A DNA stretch of 64,000 bases from Promethearchaeota archaeon (GCA_048940445.1 JBHLON010000010.1:139-64138), one strand, 5' to 3'. Shown: positions 17,668 through 27,219, counted from the stretch's first letter. The notes: a model not told the origin generated them from the letters alone. Numbers and translations: made by a program.

Positions 17668-17922
17668 ATGAAAAAGTGGACAGCTTTTATTATTGGAATG
17701 ATTCTGATCATAATCTTCATAATAACAATGTTTGTGTTACCTCCATTATTCGGATGGTATTTCCCTAATATAACAAGTTGGGATGACTTTATAAATGCTA
17801 TTAGTACGCCAGAACGTTTTATAATTGGTATTATTACCCAGGTAATTCCAATTATATGCGTTACGATCGGAGCTATATTTCTAATAATTTTTCTAATTAA
17901 GTTAATTCGAGGAAAAGAATAA
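17668..17922 (+). CDS. small two-TM membrane protein
   Basis: 84 aa with two clear hydrophobic helices and a basic C-terminus. I prefer it over the overlapping antisense ORF 17628-17933. Confidence 0.4.
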   Translation: MKKWTAFIIGMILIIIFIITMFVLPPLFGWYFPNITSWDDFINAISTPERFIIGIITQVIPIICVTIGAIFLIIFLIKLIRGKE

Positions 17923-18221
17923 TTGCATAACAATTTTTAACTTTAGTTCCTTCTTTTTAAAAATGATTAAAATATAATAAAATTCAATATAGAATATTAA
18001 AATATAATATCTATATTACAAAAAATTGAAATTTCTTAGAAGCTACAAGAATTCCATTAATTTCCGTGAAAAAAGTGAAAAATTGAGTAGCTTTCTTGAA
18101 AAGATTTATATAAAAATATTACTTTTTAAAATTTTGCATAGTTCTTTTACATAATGTTATAATAATGAAAAGGAATCTAACAGGATTAGTTTTAAACGTA
18201 AAATGAAAACCGGCACTTAAA

Positions 18222-18776
18222 ATGTATGATGCAATCTTCAAAATTGTTGTTTTTGGTGATGTTGGGTGCGGGAAAACAACCTTAACTCAGCGTTTTTTAA
18301 CAAAAAACTTCATCCCAAATACCTTTAAAACAATTGGAGTCGACTTTAGTACCACGAGCTTCATGGTTGATAGATTTAACGTTAAGTTAATGATCTGGGA
18401 TTTTGGTGGAGAAGAGAGGTTTAGGTTCATCTTTCCTCAATATGTGCTTGGAGCAATGGGCGGAATTATGATGTATGATATAACAAATCAATCTTCACTC
18501 TATCATTTAAGTGATTGGTTATCGATCATTAGTGATACGAAGCAGATATTTCCAATCATTTTAGTTGGTGGAAAGTCTGATTTAGAGAGCAAGAGAGAAG
18601 TATTATTCAATAAAGGCAGGAAGAGCGCAAAATTAATGGGATTGGATGACTTTATAGAGTGTTCTAGCAAAACAGGGGTACATGTAGAGAATGTGTTTGT
18701 TAGTTTAACTAGATTAATGTTATGTAATATTAATATTAAGGGAATCCCTGGTTCATTTCTTATTCCCAATATATGA
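18222..18776 (+). CDS. Rab/Ras-like small GTPase (divergent G3 and G4)
   Basis: 184 aa. G1 GDVGCGKT, switch I TIGVDF, G3 WDFGGEE (Glu at the catalytic Gln position), G4 GGKSD (Asn to Gly), G5 SSK. There is no C-terminal Cys motif. Confidence 0.85.
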   Translation: MYDAIFKIVVFGDVGCGKTTLTQRFLTKNFIPNTFKTIGVDFSTTSFMVDRFNVKLMIWDFGGEERFRFIFPQYVLGAMGGIMMYDITNQSSLYHLSDWLSIISDTKQIFPIILVGGKSDLESKREVLFNKGRKSAKLMGLDDFIECSSKTGVHVENVFVSLTRLMLCNINIKGIPGSFLIPNI

Positions 18777-18850
18777 ACTTTTTTTTAGAGAATTATTTTT
18801 ATGCATAAACTTCTAATTGTCGTGCCGTAATATATTCGAAACTATTTAAT

Positions 18851-20716
18851 TTAATAAATCGGCAAATTGATGATAAATTTACTTCCTTTATTTCTTCCAG
18901 ACGATTCAACGCTTATTTTACCATGATGTAATTCAATTATTTCTTTTGATATGAACAATCCAAGTCCCGAACCTTGGATATCAATATACTCTAAACCTTC
19001 TCCATATCTTTCTATTTTTCCAAATCTGGAAAATAATTTTTCTCTCTCTTCTTGCGTTAGGCCCACTCCCGTATCGTTGACAGAAACTGTTGCCCATTCT
19101 TCATTTTTTGATGCATTAACATTTATCAATCCATAAGGAGGAGTATTTTTTATTGAATTTGAAAGTAGATTTAATATGACTTGTTCAATTCTAATTTTAT
19201 CGATTTTGACGATTAATTCTTCCGGAAGGTATAGTTCTATCTTTAAATTTCGAATTTTAATTAAATACATGACTTCTTTTACACAATCTTTAATTAGTTT
19301 AATTAAATCTACAGATTCCCATTTTAATTCGAGTTTCTTATATTCTATTTTTGTTATATCAAGTAAATTATCAATTAAATGTTTTAATCTTGTTCCTCCT
19401 TTTTCGATCACTTCTAATAGATCTAATTCTTCTTTTTCAAACTTATTTTTAAATAGGGTCATTAGTAGTTCAGTTCCTCCACATATAGAGACAAGTGGTG
19501 TTTTTAACTCATGTGAGACTCTAATGATTAAATCTTTTCTAATTTGGTCTAATTCTTTTAATTTTTTAACTTCTTGTTCTATAATGCGAATTGCTTTTTT
19601 ACGATCTGAAATTTCTCGTACGAATATTGCTACACGATCCTTAGAGAAATAAAGATGGCGAGCTTCAAAATCTCGAGTTTTATCACCTATTTGAAGTTCA
19701 TATTCCATCATTTGTGGTTGTTGGGATTTTATTGTACTTCTTACAGCATTTAAGGACAATGATCCTACTTTTTCTGGCATAATCTCTGATAACTTTTTTC
19801 CAAGGAACTCCTCAGGAGGTAAATATAAGTTTTCCATTTTTCCTTTGTAATCTAAGATGGTGGTTTCCCCATCAACAAGGAAAAACAAATCTGGGATTGA
19901 TTCAAAAATTCTACGAAATTTACTTTCTGATTCTTTTAGTTTCTGTTCAACTATTTTGCTATCTGTGATATCTGTAATGTAAGCAAAAGAGCCCTTAAAA
20001 TTTCCATTTTCACCCAAAATAGGAGCCGCATTAACTCTTGTATTTAATATTGTTCCATTTTTTTTAATAAAATCAAGTTCATAAGTATCTTTTAAACCAT
20101 TTTTCCTCCGTTCTGTATAGCTATTGACCAAGGTACTCATTTCTTCATTAAAAAAATTATGTAGATTTGTGCCAATCATCTCATTTTTTGTATATCCGAG
20201 CATTTCACAAAGTTTCGGATTAACAAATATAGTATCATCGTTTTCATCTACAGCCCACACGCCTTCATGAGCATTTTCTATTAAATTCTTGTAATTCTCT
20301 TCAGACTCTTTTAATTTCTCATTTAATTGCTTCCATTTGTTTATATCTTCAACAATACCTTGGATACCGATTATACGATTTGAACGATCTTTGGTCGAAT
20401 TTAGATATAATCTGCAATATAAATCTTTCCCCCATTTTGATCTGTAGAAGAATTCATTCACGCTTGATTCTCCAGTTTCAATACAAAGTTCAATTGTTTT
20501 TGAAATCCCAGCGGCTTTTAATGATGGGAATGTTAAAAGATTTATCTCTTTTGTGGCTTCTATAGATGGTGAACCAAGTATTTTTAATAATGAATCATTA
20601 ACTAACTTGATATTTCCATCATGATCGGCTAGAAATATACCTAAAGGGGAATGCTGTATCAATAATTTATATTCCTCTGAAGGTTTCCACTCTACCTTTT
20701 TTCCTTCTCTTTTCAA
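18851..20716 (-). CDS. multi-PAS sensor histidine kinase
   Basis: 621 aa with three PAS-like segments. H-box SHELKTPL, N-box NLLSNSIKNT, G1 DTGVGL, G2 GSGLGLFISKEI. Confidence 0.9.
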   Translation of the reverse strand: MKREGKKVEWKPSEEYKLLIQHSPLGIFLADHDGNIKLVNDSLLKILGSPSIEATKEINLLTFPSLKAAGISKTIELCIETGESSVNEFFYRSKWGKDLYCRLYLNSTKDRSNRIIGIQGIVEDINKWKQLNEKLKESEENYKNLIENAHEGVWAVDENDDTIFVNPKLCEMLGYTKNEMIGTNLHNFFNEEMSTLVNSYTERRKNGLKDTYELDFIKKNGTILNTRVNAAPILGENGNFKGSFAYITDITDSKIVEQKLKESESKFRRIFESIPDLFFLVDGETTILDYKGKMENLYLPPEEFLGKKLSEIMPEKVGSLSLNAVRSTIKSQQPQMMEYELQIGDKTRDFEARHLYFSKDRVAIFVREISDRKKAIRIIEQEVKKLKELDQIRKDLIIRVSHELKTPLVSICGGTELLMTLFKNKFEKEELDLLEVIEKGGTRLKHLIDNLLDITKIEYKKLELKWESVDLIKLIKDCVKEVMYLIKIRNLKIELYLPEELIVKIDKIRIEQVILNLLSNSIKNTPPYGLINVNASKNEEWATVSVNDTGVGLTQEEREKLFSRFGKIERYGEGLEYIDIQGSGLGLFISKEIIELHHGKISVESSGRNKGSKFIINLPIY

Positions 20717-20859
20717 ATCTAGCTTTGTAATATACTTTTTGGGTTTAAAATTTATAACAAAATATTTACAGATTTAAAGCCTTTATACGAATATTTAAAT
20801 ATTTTTTTTTCAAAAAGTTAGTATGGAATGTACGAATTAGATTTTTTTCTTTTTCCACG

Positions 20860-21669
20860 TCATTCAATCCCAATTTGGAAGCATCTCATTGAGATAGTCC
20901 CGTGTTGAAATCCTTCGTATACAAATTTTACTGAATCGTGTTCATCTTGGAGCGCAAGAATATAAATCATAGGAAGGTAGTGGTCCCAAGTGGGAATTCC
21001 TAACCTTCCATTCGGTCCTAACTTTTCAATATGAATCAAACTATCATGACCTTTATCTATAATTCTTTGTTTAATTTCAGCATCGAGTCTTTTTGCCCAC
21101 TCTATTGTAGGGGCGTCAATATCATAATCAATCATCCTAAGGTTGTGCACAATATTTCCACTTCCAATTATAAGAATCCCTTCTTTCCTTAGAAATGCTA
21201 AATTTTTAGCTAATTGATAATGATATTCGATTGGTTTGGTTCGCCAATCATTAAAACCATAATCTAAGCTTAATTCAATCATAGGGATATCTGCTTTGGG
21301 ATAAATATGTTTTAAAATAGCCCAAGAAGCATGATCATATCCCCAATTGTAATCACATTCAACATTATGAGAAATAAGATTTTTGCTAATTTTTACTGCC
21401 AATTCAGGATACCCAGGACTTGAATACTTAAGTCTATAAAGTTGTTCTGGGAATCCATAAAAATCATATATAGTTTTTGGGTGAGCATTACATAGTACCC
21501 TCGTTCCAGGTGTTAACCAATGAGCAGATATAACTAATATAGCTTCTGGTTTAGGTAAGTTTTCTCCTAAATTTTTCAAACTGCGGGTAAAAGCGTTATC
21601 AGAGATAATATTCATGGGTGAACCATGCCCGATAAAAAGAATAGGCATTTTTTCTACCATAATAATCAT
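20860..21669 (-). CDS. 4,5-DOPA dioxygenase extradiol-like (LigB/YgiD family)
   Basis: MPILFIGHGSPMN, VISAHW, YDFYGFPEQLY and YDHASW match the YgiD-type class III extradiol dioxygenase pattern. Confidence 0.8.
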   Translation of the reverse strand: MIIMVEKMPILFIGHGSPMNIISDNAFTRSLKNLGENLPKPEAILVISAHWLTPGTRVLCNAHPKTIYDFYGFPEQLYRLKYSSPGYPELAVKISKNLISHNVECDYNWGYDHASWAILKHIYPKADIPMIELSLDYGFNDWRTKPIEYHYQLAKNLAFLRKEGILIIGSGNIVHNLRMIDYDIDAPTIEWAKRLDAEIKQRIIDKGHDSLIHIEKLGPNGRLGIPTWDHYLPMIYILALQDEHDSVKFVYEGFQHGTISMRCFQIGIE

Positions 21670-21830
21670 GAACTTAAATAACTGGTGATAAAAAAAGCCA
21701 ATCCTTTTAATTTATTAGAAATTTTCTTTTCTTTTTAGAAATTTAAAAGTCTTATAAATAACATAGAATTTACAATTACTGGGCTATTCAAAGTTAATAT
21801 TTAAACCTTCTTTTACTTACTCATATAATT

Positions 21831-22313
21831 TTGAAAATTTTTGTGACTATCATGAAGAAAGTATGGATGATTCACAACTCTTTGTATGGAAATTCTGAGA
21901 AAATTACAAACCAGATTGCTGAAATATTAAAAATCGATTACGATATTCGAGTTAATCATATTAAAAATGTTAATCTTGAGGATATTGTGGATGAGGAGCT
22001 CTATGGTTTGATTATTGCTGTAAGAATTGTCGCTTTTTCATCTGATCGTGAGATGAAAGCATTTCTCAAAAAACTAGACAAAGTCATAACCCACCCAGTT
22101 TCGAAAGTTGCCTATTTTTCTACTCATGCTTTGAAATGGAGAAAATTCTTTATCAGAGGAATCAAAAAGACTCTTAAAAAAATTGGATGTGTAGGAGATG
22201 TTTGCCCTGAATTTCTTGAAATAAGAATGCAAACTGCAGAAGGTCCAGTTGAAGAAGGCTCTGATATAAAAATCCAGCACTATATATCTACATTACAACA
22301 ATTTCTGAAATAA
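21831..22313 (+). CDS. flavodoxin-like fold protein (weak)
   Basis: MIHNSLYGNSEKITNQIAE resembles a flavodoxin N-terminal phosphate loop. The true start is probably the ATG at MKKVWMIH. Confidence 0.35.
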   Translation: MKIFVTIMKKVWMIHNSLYGNSEKITNQIAEILKIDYDIRVNHIKNVNLEDIVDEELYGLIIAVRIVAFSSDREMKAFLKKLDKVITHPVSKVAYFSTHALKWRKFFIRGIKKTLKKIGCVGDVCPEFLEIRMQTAEGPVEEGSDIKIQHYISTLQQFLK

Positions 22314-22340
22314 AAAATCTAGAAATTTATTTATTACTCC

Positions 22341-22757
22341 TCATTTTTTTTGTATTTTTTCAACTTTAAAAATTGAAAACGTTCCATAAGCTTTTGCAAC
22401 AAGAAGACCTTCTTTTTTAATCTCTGATTCAAGAGATCCTATCGATTTTCCTTTATGGATCACTTTGGTATCACACAGAATTGTTCCTTCTTTTACAGAT
22501 TTAAAATAGCTTATTTTGATTTCAACAGTTGCACATAGCTCATCATTTTCTAATAGAGAATACAATGCTGCACCCATACCTGTATCTGCCATTGAATATA
22601 GTACTCCGCCATGTACAACTTTATGGGGATTAAAATGATTTTCATTTATTCTTAAGGCACACTGGGAATAACCTTCTTCAAATTTAGTAAATTCGATGCC
22701 TAACAAATCCCCAAATTTATGAAATCCTTTCAAATTCATAGGAAATGGTTTGGGCAT
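22341..22757 (-). CDS. PaaI-type hotdog-fold thioesterase
   Basis: 138 aa. The HGGVLYSMADTGMGAA motif is typical of PaaI/YdiI thioesterases. Confidence 0.75.
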   Translation of the reverse strand: MPKPFPMNLKGFHKFGDLLGIEFTKFEEGYSQCALRINENHFNPHKVVHGGVLYSMADTGMGAALYSLLENDELCATVEIKISYFKSVKEGTILCDTKVIHKGKSIGSLESEIKKEGLLVAKAYGTFSIFKVEKIQKK

Positions 22758-22928
22758 AATTACTAAAATTCGCTATTATTATAAATAAATTTTTATCGAA
22801 ATTTAAAAGGATAATATTATTATGTTATAAAAATGGAGTAATCTTTTGATTGAGAGTCATGAAAGAAATAAGAAAAACAATTCAATAAATAATAAAAGAA
22901 AAGAATAAATAAATTTTAAAAATGCAAA

Positions 22929-23567
22929 TTATACTATCTTAGATTCTTCTTCGATGTTTATAGCTTCAGCTTTTTGTTTGACATTTGAGACTGCAGTTAG
23001 TATCTTTTCATGGTATACTTTTTCAATTTCTACCATATTACGGAGAACTTTCTGTATTGTTTCTAATTTTATCTTATTAAATTCTTCCGCGGCAGTTTTC
23101 GCTTCATTTTCTTCCTTTTCTGCTTTTTGTTTTGCGGTCTTTAAGACAGTCTCAGCATTTTCTAATTCCCCAGGTTTTAATTTTTCCTTTGGTTTATTTT
23201 GAGCTTTATTAAGATTTTTCTCAGCTTTTTCAACTTCTTTAACTGCTTTTGATGCTTCGTCTTGCTCGGATTGTAATGTTTTCAAATGTGTAATCAAATT
23301 ATTCAAAGGAGCAATATATTGCTCTCTTAACTTTGTTACTTTTTCTTTGCGTTCATTTTCAATGATTTCAAAAGTTTTGGCTAACGAACTCATTGCTTCT
23401 CCTAATGAAGGAGTTTCTGTTTCAGCATAACTTTTTAATGCTGTTACAGTTTTGCTTATATCTTTTGTTACATCTTCCTCTGCCTTTATGTAATGATTGC
23501 TCTCTTTAACCAGATCAGTGATCTTATCACTTGTCAATCCTAAAGCATCCATAAATTTCTTAAACAA
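22929..23567 (-). CDS. all-helical K/E-rich protein, BAR-domain-like (tentative)
   Basis: 212 aa. A TTG start is preceded by GGTGA 5 nt upstream. The N-terminus MFKKFMDALGL is amphipathic. YIAPLNNL and EKVYHEKIL resemble BAR helix 2 and helix 3 signatures. Confidence 0.6.
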   Translation of the reverse strand: MFKKFMDALGLTSDKITDLVKESNHYIKAEEDVTKDISKTVTALKSYAETETPSLGEAMSSLAKTFEIIENERKEKVTKLREQYIAPLNNLITHLKTLQSEQDEASKAVKEVEKAEKNLNKAQNKPKEKLKPGELENAETVLKTAKQKAEKEENEAKTAAEEFNKIKLETIQKVLRNMVEIEKVYHEKILTAVSNVKQKAEAINIEEESKIV

Positions 23568-23698
23568 TCAATTCACCTATGAAAAAAAATGCAAAAATTC
23601 TATTTAAAAATTACCTCAATAACTTAAAGATTAATTTTGAGAGGAAGAACATAACTGCTAACAAAAGTAAAGAAAATAAAAAAAAAAGAATATATTCA

Positions 23699-24499
23699 CT
23701 ATTTTTTTAAAGACTCTTCTCTTACCGATAATTTTATCTTCCATACAATTAAAATAATTAAAGCAAAGATAGTAATCATTATGGTTAAATAGATCTGTAG
23801 TTCTCCGATATTAAAGAGCCAAACAAGGTTATTCGTAATATGGAAAAGAATGGTTACAAAAGCACTCCCTCCGGAGCTATTAAAGAGGAATGTAAGTATT
23901 ATAGAACCCATAAATAAACTATATAGCCATCCAAATAACATATCAACAGAAAAGTGATATAAAAACATAGGAAAATGCCAAAATGCCCATCCTATTGTGA
24001 GAATAATGGTGGCGATTAATGGATTATATTTTTCTTGCAATTTAGGTAATGCATACCCTCTCCATCCAATTTCTTCAAACAAACCATAGGAAATGGCTCC
24101 AACCCAAATCCATAAAAAAACTGAAAGCGGATTAGAAATTCCATTGTCAACAAGGTATCCAATTAGGTTAATTAAGTTTCCTGTAAAGAGGAAGTTAAGT
24201 AAAATACTTAATAATAAGAAAAATGGCATTATTAAAGCTGAAAATAGAATCCAAAAAGGGCCTACTCTCCACTTAAAACTCGTTTTTCCTAATTCCTTAA
24301 GTCCTCTTTTTTTAGCAGAAATATAAGCTACTATAATAGCTGAAATAGTTGGTCCAAGTGCCCCTAAAAAATGCCAATTCATATTTACTGATAAAAGCCC
24401 AAAATTTGCTAAAATTAATGGCAAGACTAAAATCCACGTTGATATCCAAGCTATAGTAAAATAGCTTGCTATAGGATGTTTTTTAATCACATTCATCAT
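23699..24499 (-). CDS. CPBP family intramembrane glutamic endopeptidase
   Basis: 266 aa, multi-pass. It has FEEIGWRG, FWHFP and FHITNN, the three CPBP motifs. Confidence 0.8.
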   Translation of the reverse strand: MMNVIKKHPIASYFTIAWISTWILVLPLILANFGLLSVNMNWHFLGALGPTISAIIVAYISAKKRGLKELGKTSFKWRVGPFWILFSALIMPFFLLLSILLNFLFTGNLINLIGYLVDNGISNPLSVFLWIWVGAISYGLFEEIGWRGYALPKLQEKYNPLIATIILTIGWAFWHFPMFLYHFSVDMLFGWLYSLFMGSIILTFLFNSSGGSAFVTILFHITNNLVWLFNIGELQIYLTIMITIFALIILIVWKIKLSVREESLKK

Positions 24500-24519
24500 G
24501 TTAACACCATTTATTTTAA

Positions 24520-24939
24520 TTAAGTATCAGGAACTATTTCTAGGTAAACTCGTTCATCAATTTTCTTTTTATCATTTGATGAACTTAACTTTGAGAGGAA
24601 ATCTCCTAATCTAAAACGAAAATAGCGTTTTCTCAATGCTTTATACGCAATATCCTGTTCGGAAGATCCTAAAATTCTTGCTTTTCCTTTGATAATTGAC
24701 CCATTAACTTTCCCTCTCATTGTACAAGCACTAAATTGCACATCGGGATTGTTGATGATCCGTTTTACTTTATATCTCGAAGCTCGAGTTTCAACGTATA
24801 ATCTATTATTTACTTCTGCAAACATAACAGGTGTTGGAACACCCTCTCCATTTGCTCTATAGGTTGTCAAATTTATGTATTTACTCTTTAATACCCCATT
24901 TAGCATATCCTTTGTTATACTTTCAGACATATTTTTCAC
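24520..24939 (-). CDS. PPOX-class (pyridoxamine 5'-phosphate oxidase-like, possibly F420-dependent) protein
   Basis: 139 aa. INLTTYRANGEGVPTPVMF and RLYVETRASRYKVKRI resemble a split-barrel flavin-binding fold. Confidence 0.6.
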   Translation of the reverse strand: MKNMSESITKDMLNGVLKSKYINLTTYRANGEGVPTPVMFAEVNNRLYVETRASRYKVKRIINNPDVQFSACTMRGKVNGSIIKGKARILGSSEQDIAYKALRKRYFRFRLGDFLSKLSSSNDKKKIDERVYLEIVPDT

Positions 24940-24963
24940 CTCATATTTTTAAACATTTAATTT

Positions 24964-25653
24964 TCATCTAGGTTTTAAACCCTCAGCAATCCATTCAAAT
25001 ACTAACGATATTATATCCTCTTCATGAATTTTTAGATTCTTCAAGAAATTCCTGTTTTTTGTTAGTTCGTCAATTAATCCACCAGTTATCATACTCAAAG
25101 TCAAGGCAAGCAAATTTGGATTGAGGTCTTTTCGAATAGAGTTACTCTTTATCCCTTTAGTAATGATTTGAATAAACAATAATCTATATTGGTTAACAAT
25201 TTCATTTAATTCCTTAAATTCACGTGAGTTAATAAGTGAATCTTTTTTTTCTATGATAGCTTTGGATAAATTCGTCTTGGAATCATAATTATGAACTACT
25301 TTTGCATAATTCGGATATTCTCTTGAGAATGTGTAAAATGCTTTTCCAAATGCATTTAACTTATTTATTCCGACTTTTAATCCTTCAATTGACTTTTGGG
25401 TGTATTCTAAAAGTTTTTGGTAAGTAATACTAGCAATTGCTAAATAAAGTTGCTCCTTTGAATCAAAATAATTATATACGGTCCCTTTACTCAAAGAAGC
25501 TTCATAGGCAACTTCTTCAATCTTAGTGTCATTATATCCTTTAGTAAGGAATAATTTTTCTGCTGCCTTCACTATTTGATTCCGTCTCAATTCTCTTTCT
25601 TTTTCTCTTCTTTGTTTGATTCTATTTTTTTTAATATCTTCATTCTTACTCAT
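24964..25653 (-). CDS. TetR/AcrR family transcriptional regulator
   Basis: HTH region IVKAAEKLFLTKGYNDTKIEEVAYEASLSKGTVYNYFDSKEQLY. Confidence 0.85.
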   Translation of the reverse strand: MSKNEDIKKNRIKQRREKERELRRNQIVKAAEKLFLTKGYNDTKIEEVAYEASLSKGTVYNYFDSKEQLYLAIASITYQKLLEYTQKSIEGLKVGINKLNAFGKAFYTFSREYPNYAKVVHNYDSKTNLSKAIIEKKDSLINSREFKELNEIVNQYRLLFIQIITKGIKSNSIRKDLNPNLLALTLSMITGGLIDELTKNRNFLKNLKIHEEDIISLVFEWIAEGLKPR

Positions 25654-25692
25654 AATAATCCTTCTTTTTTATTAATTGACCGAGGGTTTTTT

Positions 25693-25707
25693 ACTGACCA
25701 TCAGTCA
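25693..25707. promoter_or_regulatory. candidate TetR operator half (overlapping palindromes ACTGA-CCA-TCAGT and TGAC-N5-GTCA)
   Basis: Perfect inverted repeats read directly from the sequence, in the divergent intergenic region between the TetR gene and the permease gene. Confidence 0.4.
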
Positions 25708-25745
25708 TTAATATATATAAAATTATGATTATATTTAAACCTTTG

Positions 25746-25758
25746 GTCACTAAGTGAC
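25746..25758. promoter_or_regulatory. candidate TetR operator (GTCAC-TAA-GTGAC)
   Basis: Perfect 5-3-5 palindrome that shares the GTCA core with the site at 25693-25707. Confidence 0.4.
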
Positions 25759-25821
25759 TGAAGGTTCAATATTAAATTTAATAACCTATTTTTTATATTA
25801 GAAACCCCTTCTATTTATTTA

Positions 25822-27114
25822 ATGAACTTTTCCGCAATAATACTAAATTTAATTCTATTTGCCATTTTAATGGCATTTTACTCTCAGAGCAAGATCGATT
25901 ATTTTCCAGTTGCTTTAATTATCGGAACCATTGCAGTGGTTTCAATGCTCATGATCGGGATTCAGGAGGGAGAAATTCTCGGATTTATTAATTTCAGTAC
26001 ACTAATCTTTATATTTGGTATGCAGATAATAGTCTATTTCGCCATTAATGATAGAGTTTTAGAATATCTAGCAATTAAATTGATTCACATTACGAAAGGG
26101 AATAATAGGACGTTCTTTTACATGATATGTCTATTTACAAGTATAATGGTCGCATTTATCGAGGATTTAACCCTCTCATTAATATTAGTTCCATTGATCT
26201 ATAGAACATGCAGAATTTTAGACATTCCTGCAGGGACGTATATGATGGGAATGACTATTACCATTAATATTGGAGCCGTGCTTACACCTGTCTCGAGTCT
26301 AAAAAACTTAATAATTAGTAAGCAGTTTGGGTGGGGTTTTGGAGAATTTTTCGCTAATTTGGGCATTCTGTTTGTAATAGTGTTAATTATTACGATCTTT
26401 TTGATTGACAGGCTCATATTGAGAAAAGAAGAAAAACCAACTGAAAAGAATAAAACAATATTATTATCAATGCTTAAACCAGGAATCGTCATTAGAGACA
26501 GAAAATATTTTTTTTTAACTACTATAACTCTCTTAGGTACTTTTGGGTTTATGATTATAGGATTCGAACCTGGGCTCGTTGCTATCACATCTGCAGCAAT
26601 TCTTCTCCTTCTTCATTATAAAACTTCTGAATTTTCAGACGTGAAAAGCGAAATTGAATGGAAACTTATTATAGTATTTGCGATTATGTTCATTATTTCT
26701 AATTCTTTGGCTCAATTAGGATTTTCTGAACTTATTTCTGTAGGGCTGTCAAACTTGGTAAATAATAATATATATTTTGCTGTGTTGATCACCTTAGGGC
26801 TCTCTTCTTTCTTATCTGCTTTCCTTGCTGGTACACCAGTCACCATCATTCTTCTCCCCATTTTTTCAACTATCGCTGCCGGATTCTCATTTCCTAATCC
26901 AATAATTATTGCATTCATAAGTGGTGTAAATATGGCAGGCAACTTTTTACCACAAGGTTCTGCATGTGATTTACTTACTTTGTCTTTAGCAAAAAAGTAT
27001 AAAGTAGCGAATTTAAATTATAGACGACTCCTAAAAAATGGTGCTTTTTTCGCAACAATTCATTTCCTCATCATTTTGGGATACACAATGCTTTATACTG
27101 TTATAATAGGTTGA
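25822..27114 (+). CDS. ArsB/NhaD-superfamily (CitMHS-like) permease
   Basis: 430 aa with about 11-12 TM helices and a central charged loop. The pattern is typical of ion-transporter superfamily permeases. Substrate unknown. Confidence 0.55.
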   Translation: MNFSAIILNLILFAILMAFYSQSKIDYFPVALIIGTIAVVSMLMIGIQEGEILGFINFSTLIFIFGMQIIVYFAINDRVLEYLAIKLIHITKGNNRTFFYMICLFTSIMVAFIEDLTLSLILVPLIYRTCRILDIPAGTYMMGMTITINIGAVLTPVSSLKNLIISKQFGWGFGEFFANLGILFVIVLIITIFLIDRLILRKEEKPTEKNKTILLSMLKPGIVIRDRKYFFLTTITLLGTFGFMIIGFEPGLVAITSAAILLLLHYKTSEFSDVKSEIEWKLIIVFAIMFIISNSLAQLGFSELISVGLSNLVNNNIYFAVLITLGLSSFLSAFLAGTPVTIILLPIFSTIAAGFSFPNPIIIAFISGVNMAGNFLPQGSACDLLTLSLAKKYKVANLNYRRLLKNGAFFATIHFLIILGYTMLYTVIIG

Positions 27115-27219
27115 CAAAATCCTTTTTGAACGGTCTCGAAATATTAATTATAAAATATTAAAATAGATTTTTAATACTACGGCTTGCTAAGTTTAATAAA
27201 AAAAAGGAAGGTGAAAAAT

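Noticed and set aside
18951-20565. Antisense ORFs 18951-19136, 19176-19652 and 20380-20565 inside the PAS histidine-kinase gene
   Set aside because: They are shadow ORFs of a confidently called gene, with low-complexity S/I/F-rich sequence.
22929-23567. Alternative reading of the K/E-rich helical protein as ESCRT-III or PspA/Vipp1
   Set aside because: The length and the N-terminal MF-KK-F are compatible with those families. However, there is no neighbouring Vps4 or ESCRT-II gene, no acidic MIM-like C-terminus, and the YIAPL and E-x-x-YH landmarks fit BAR better. I keep it as the main competing hypothesis.
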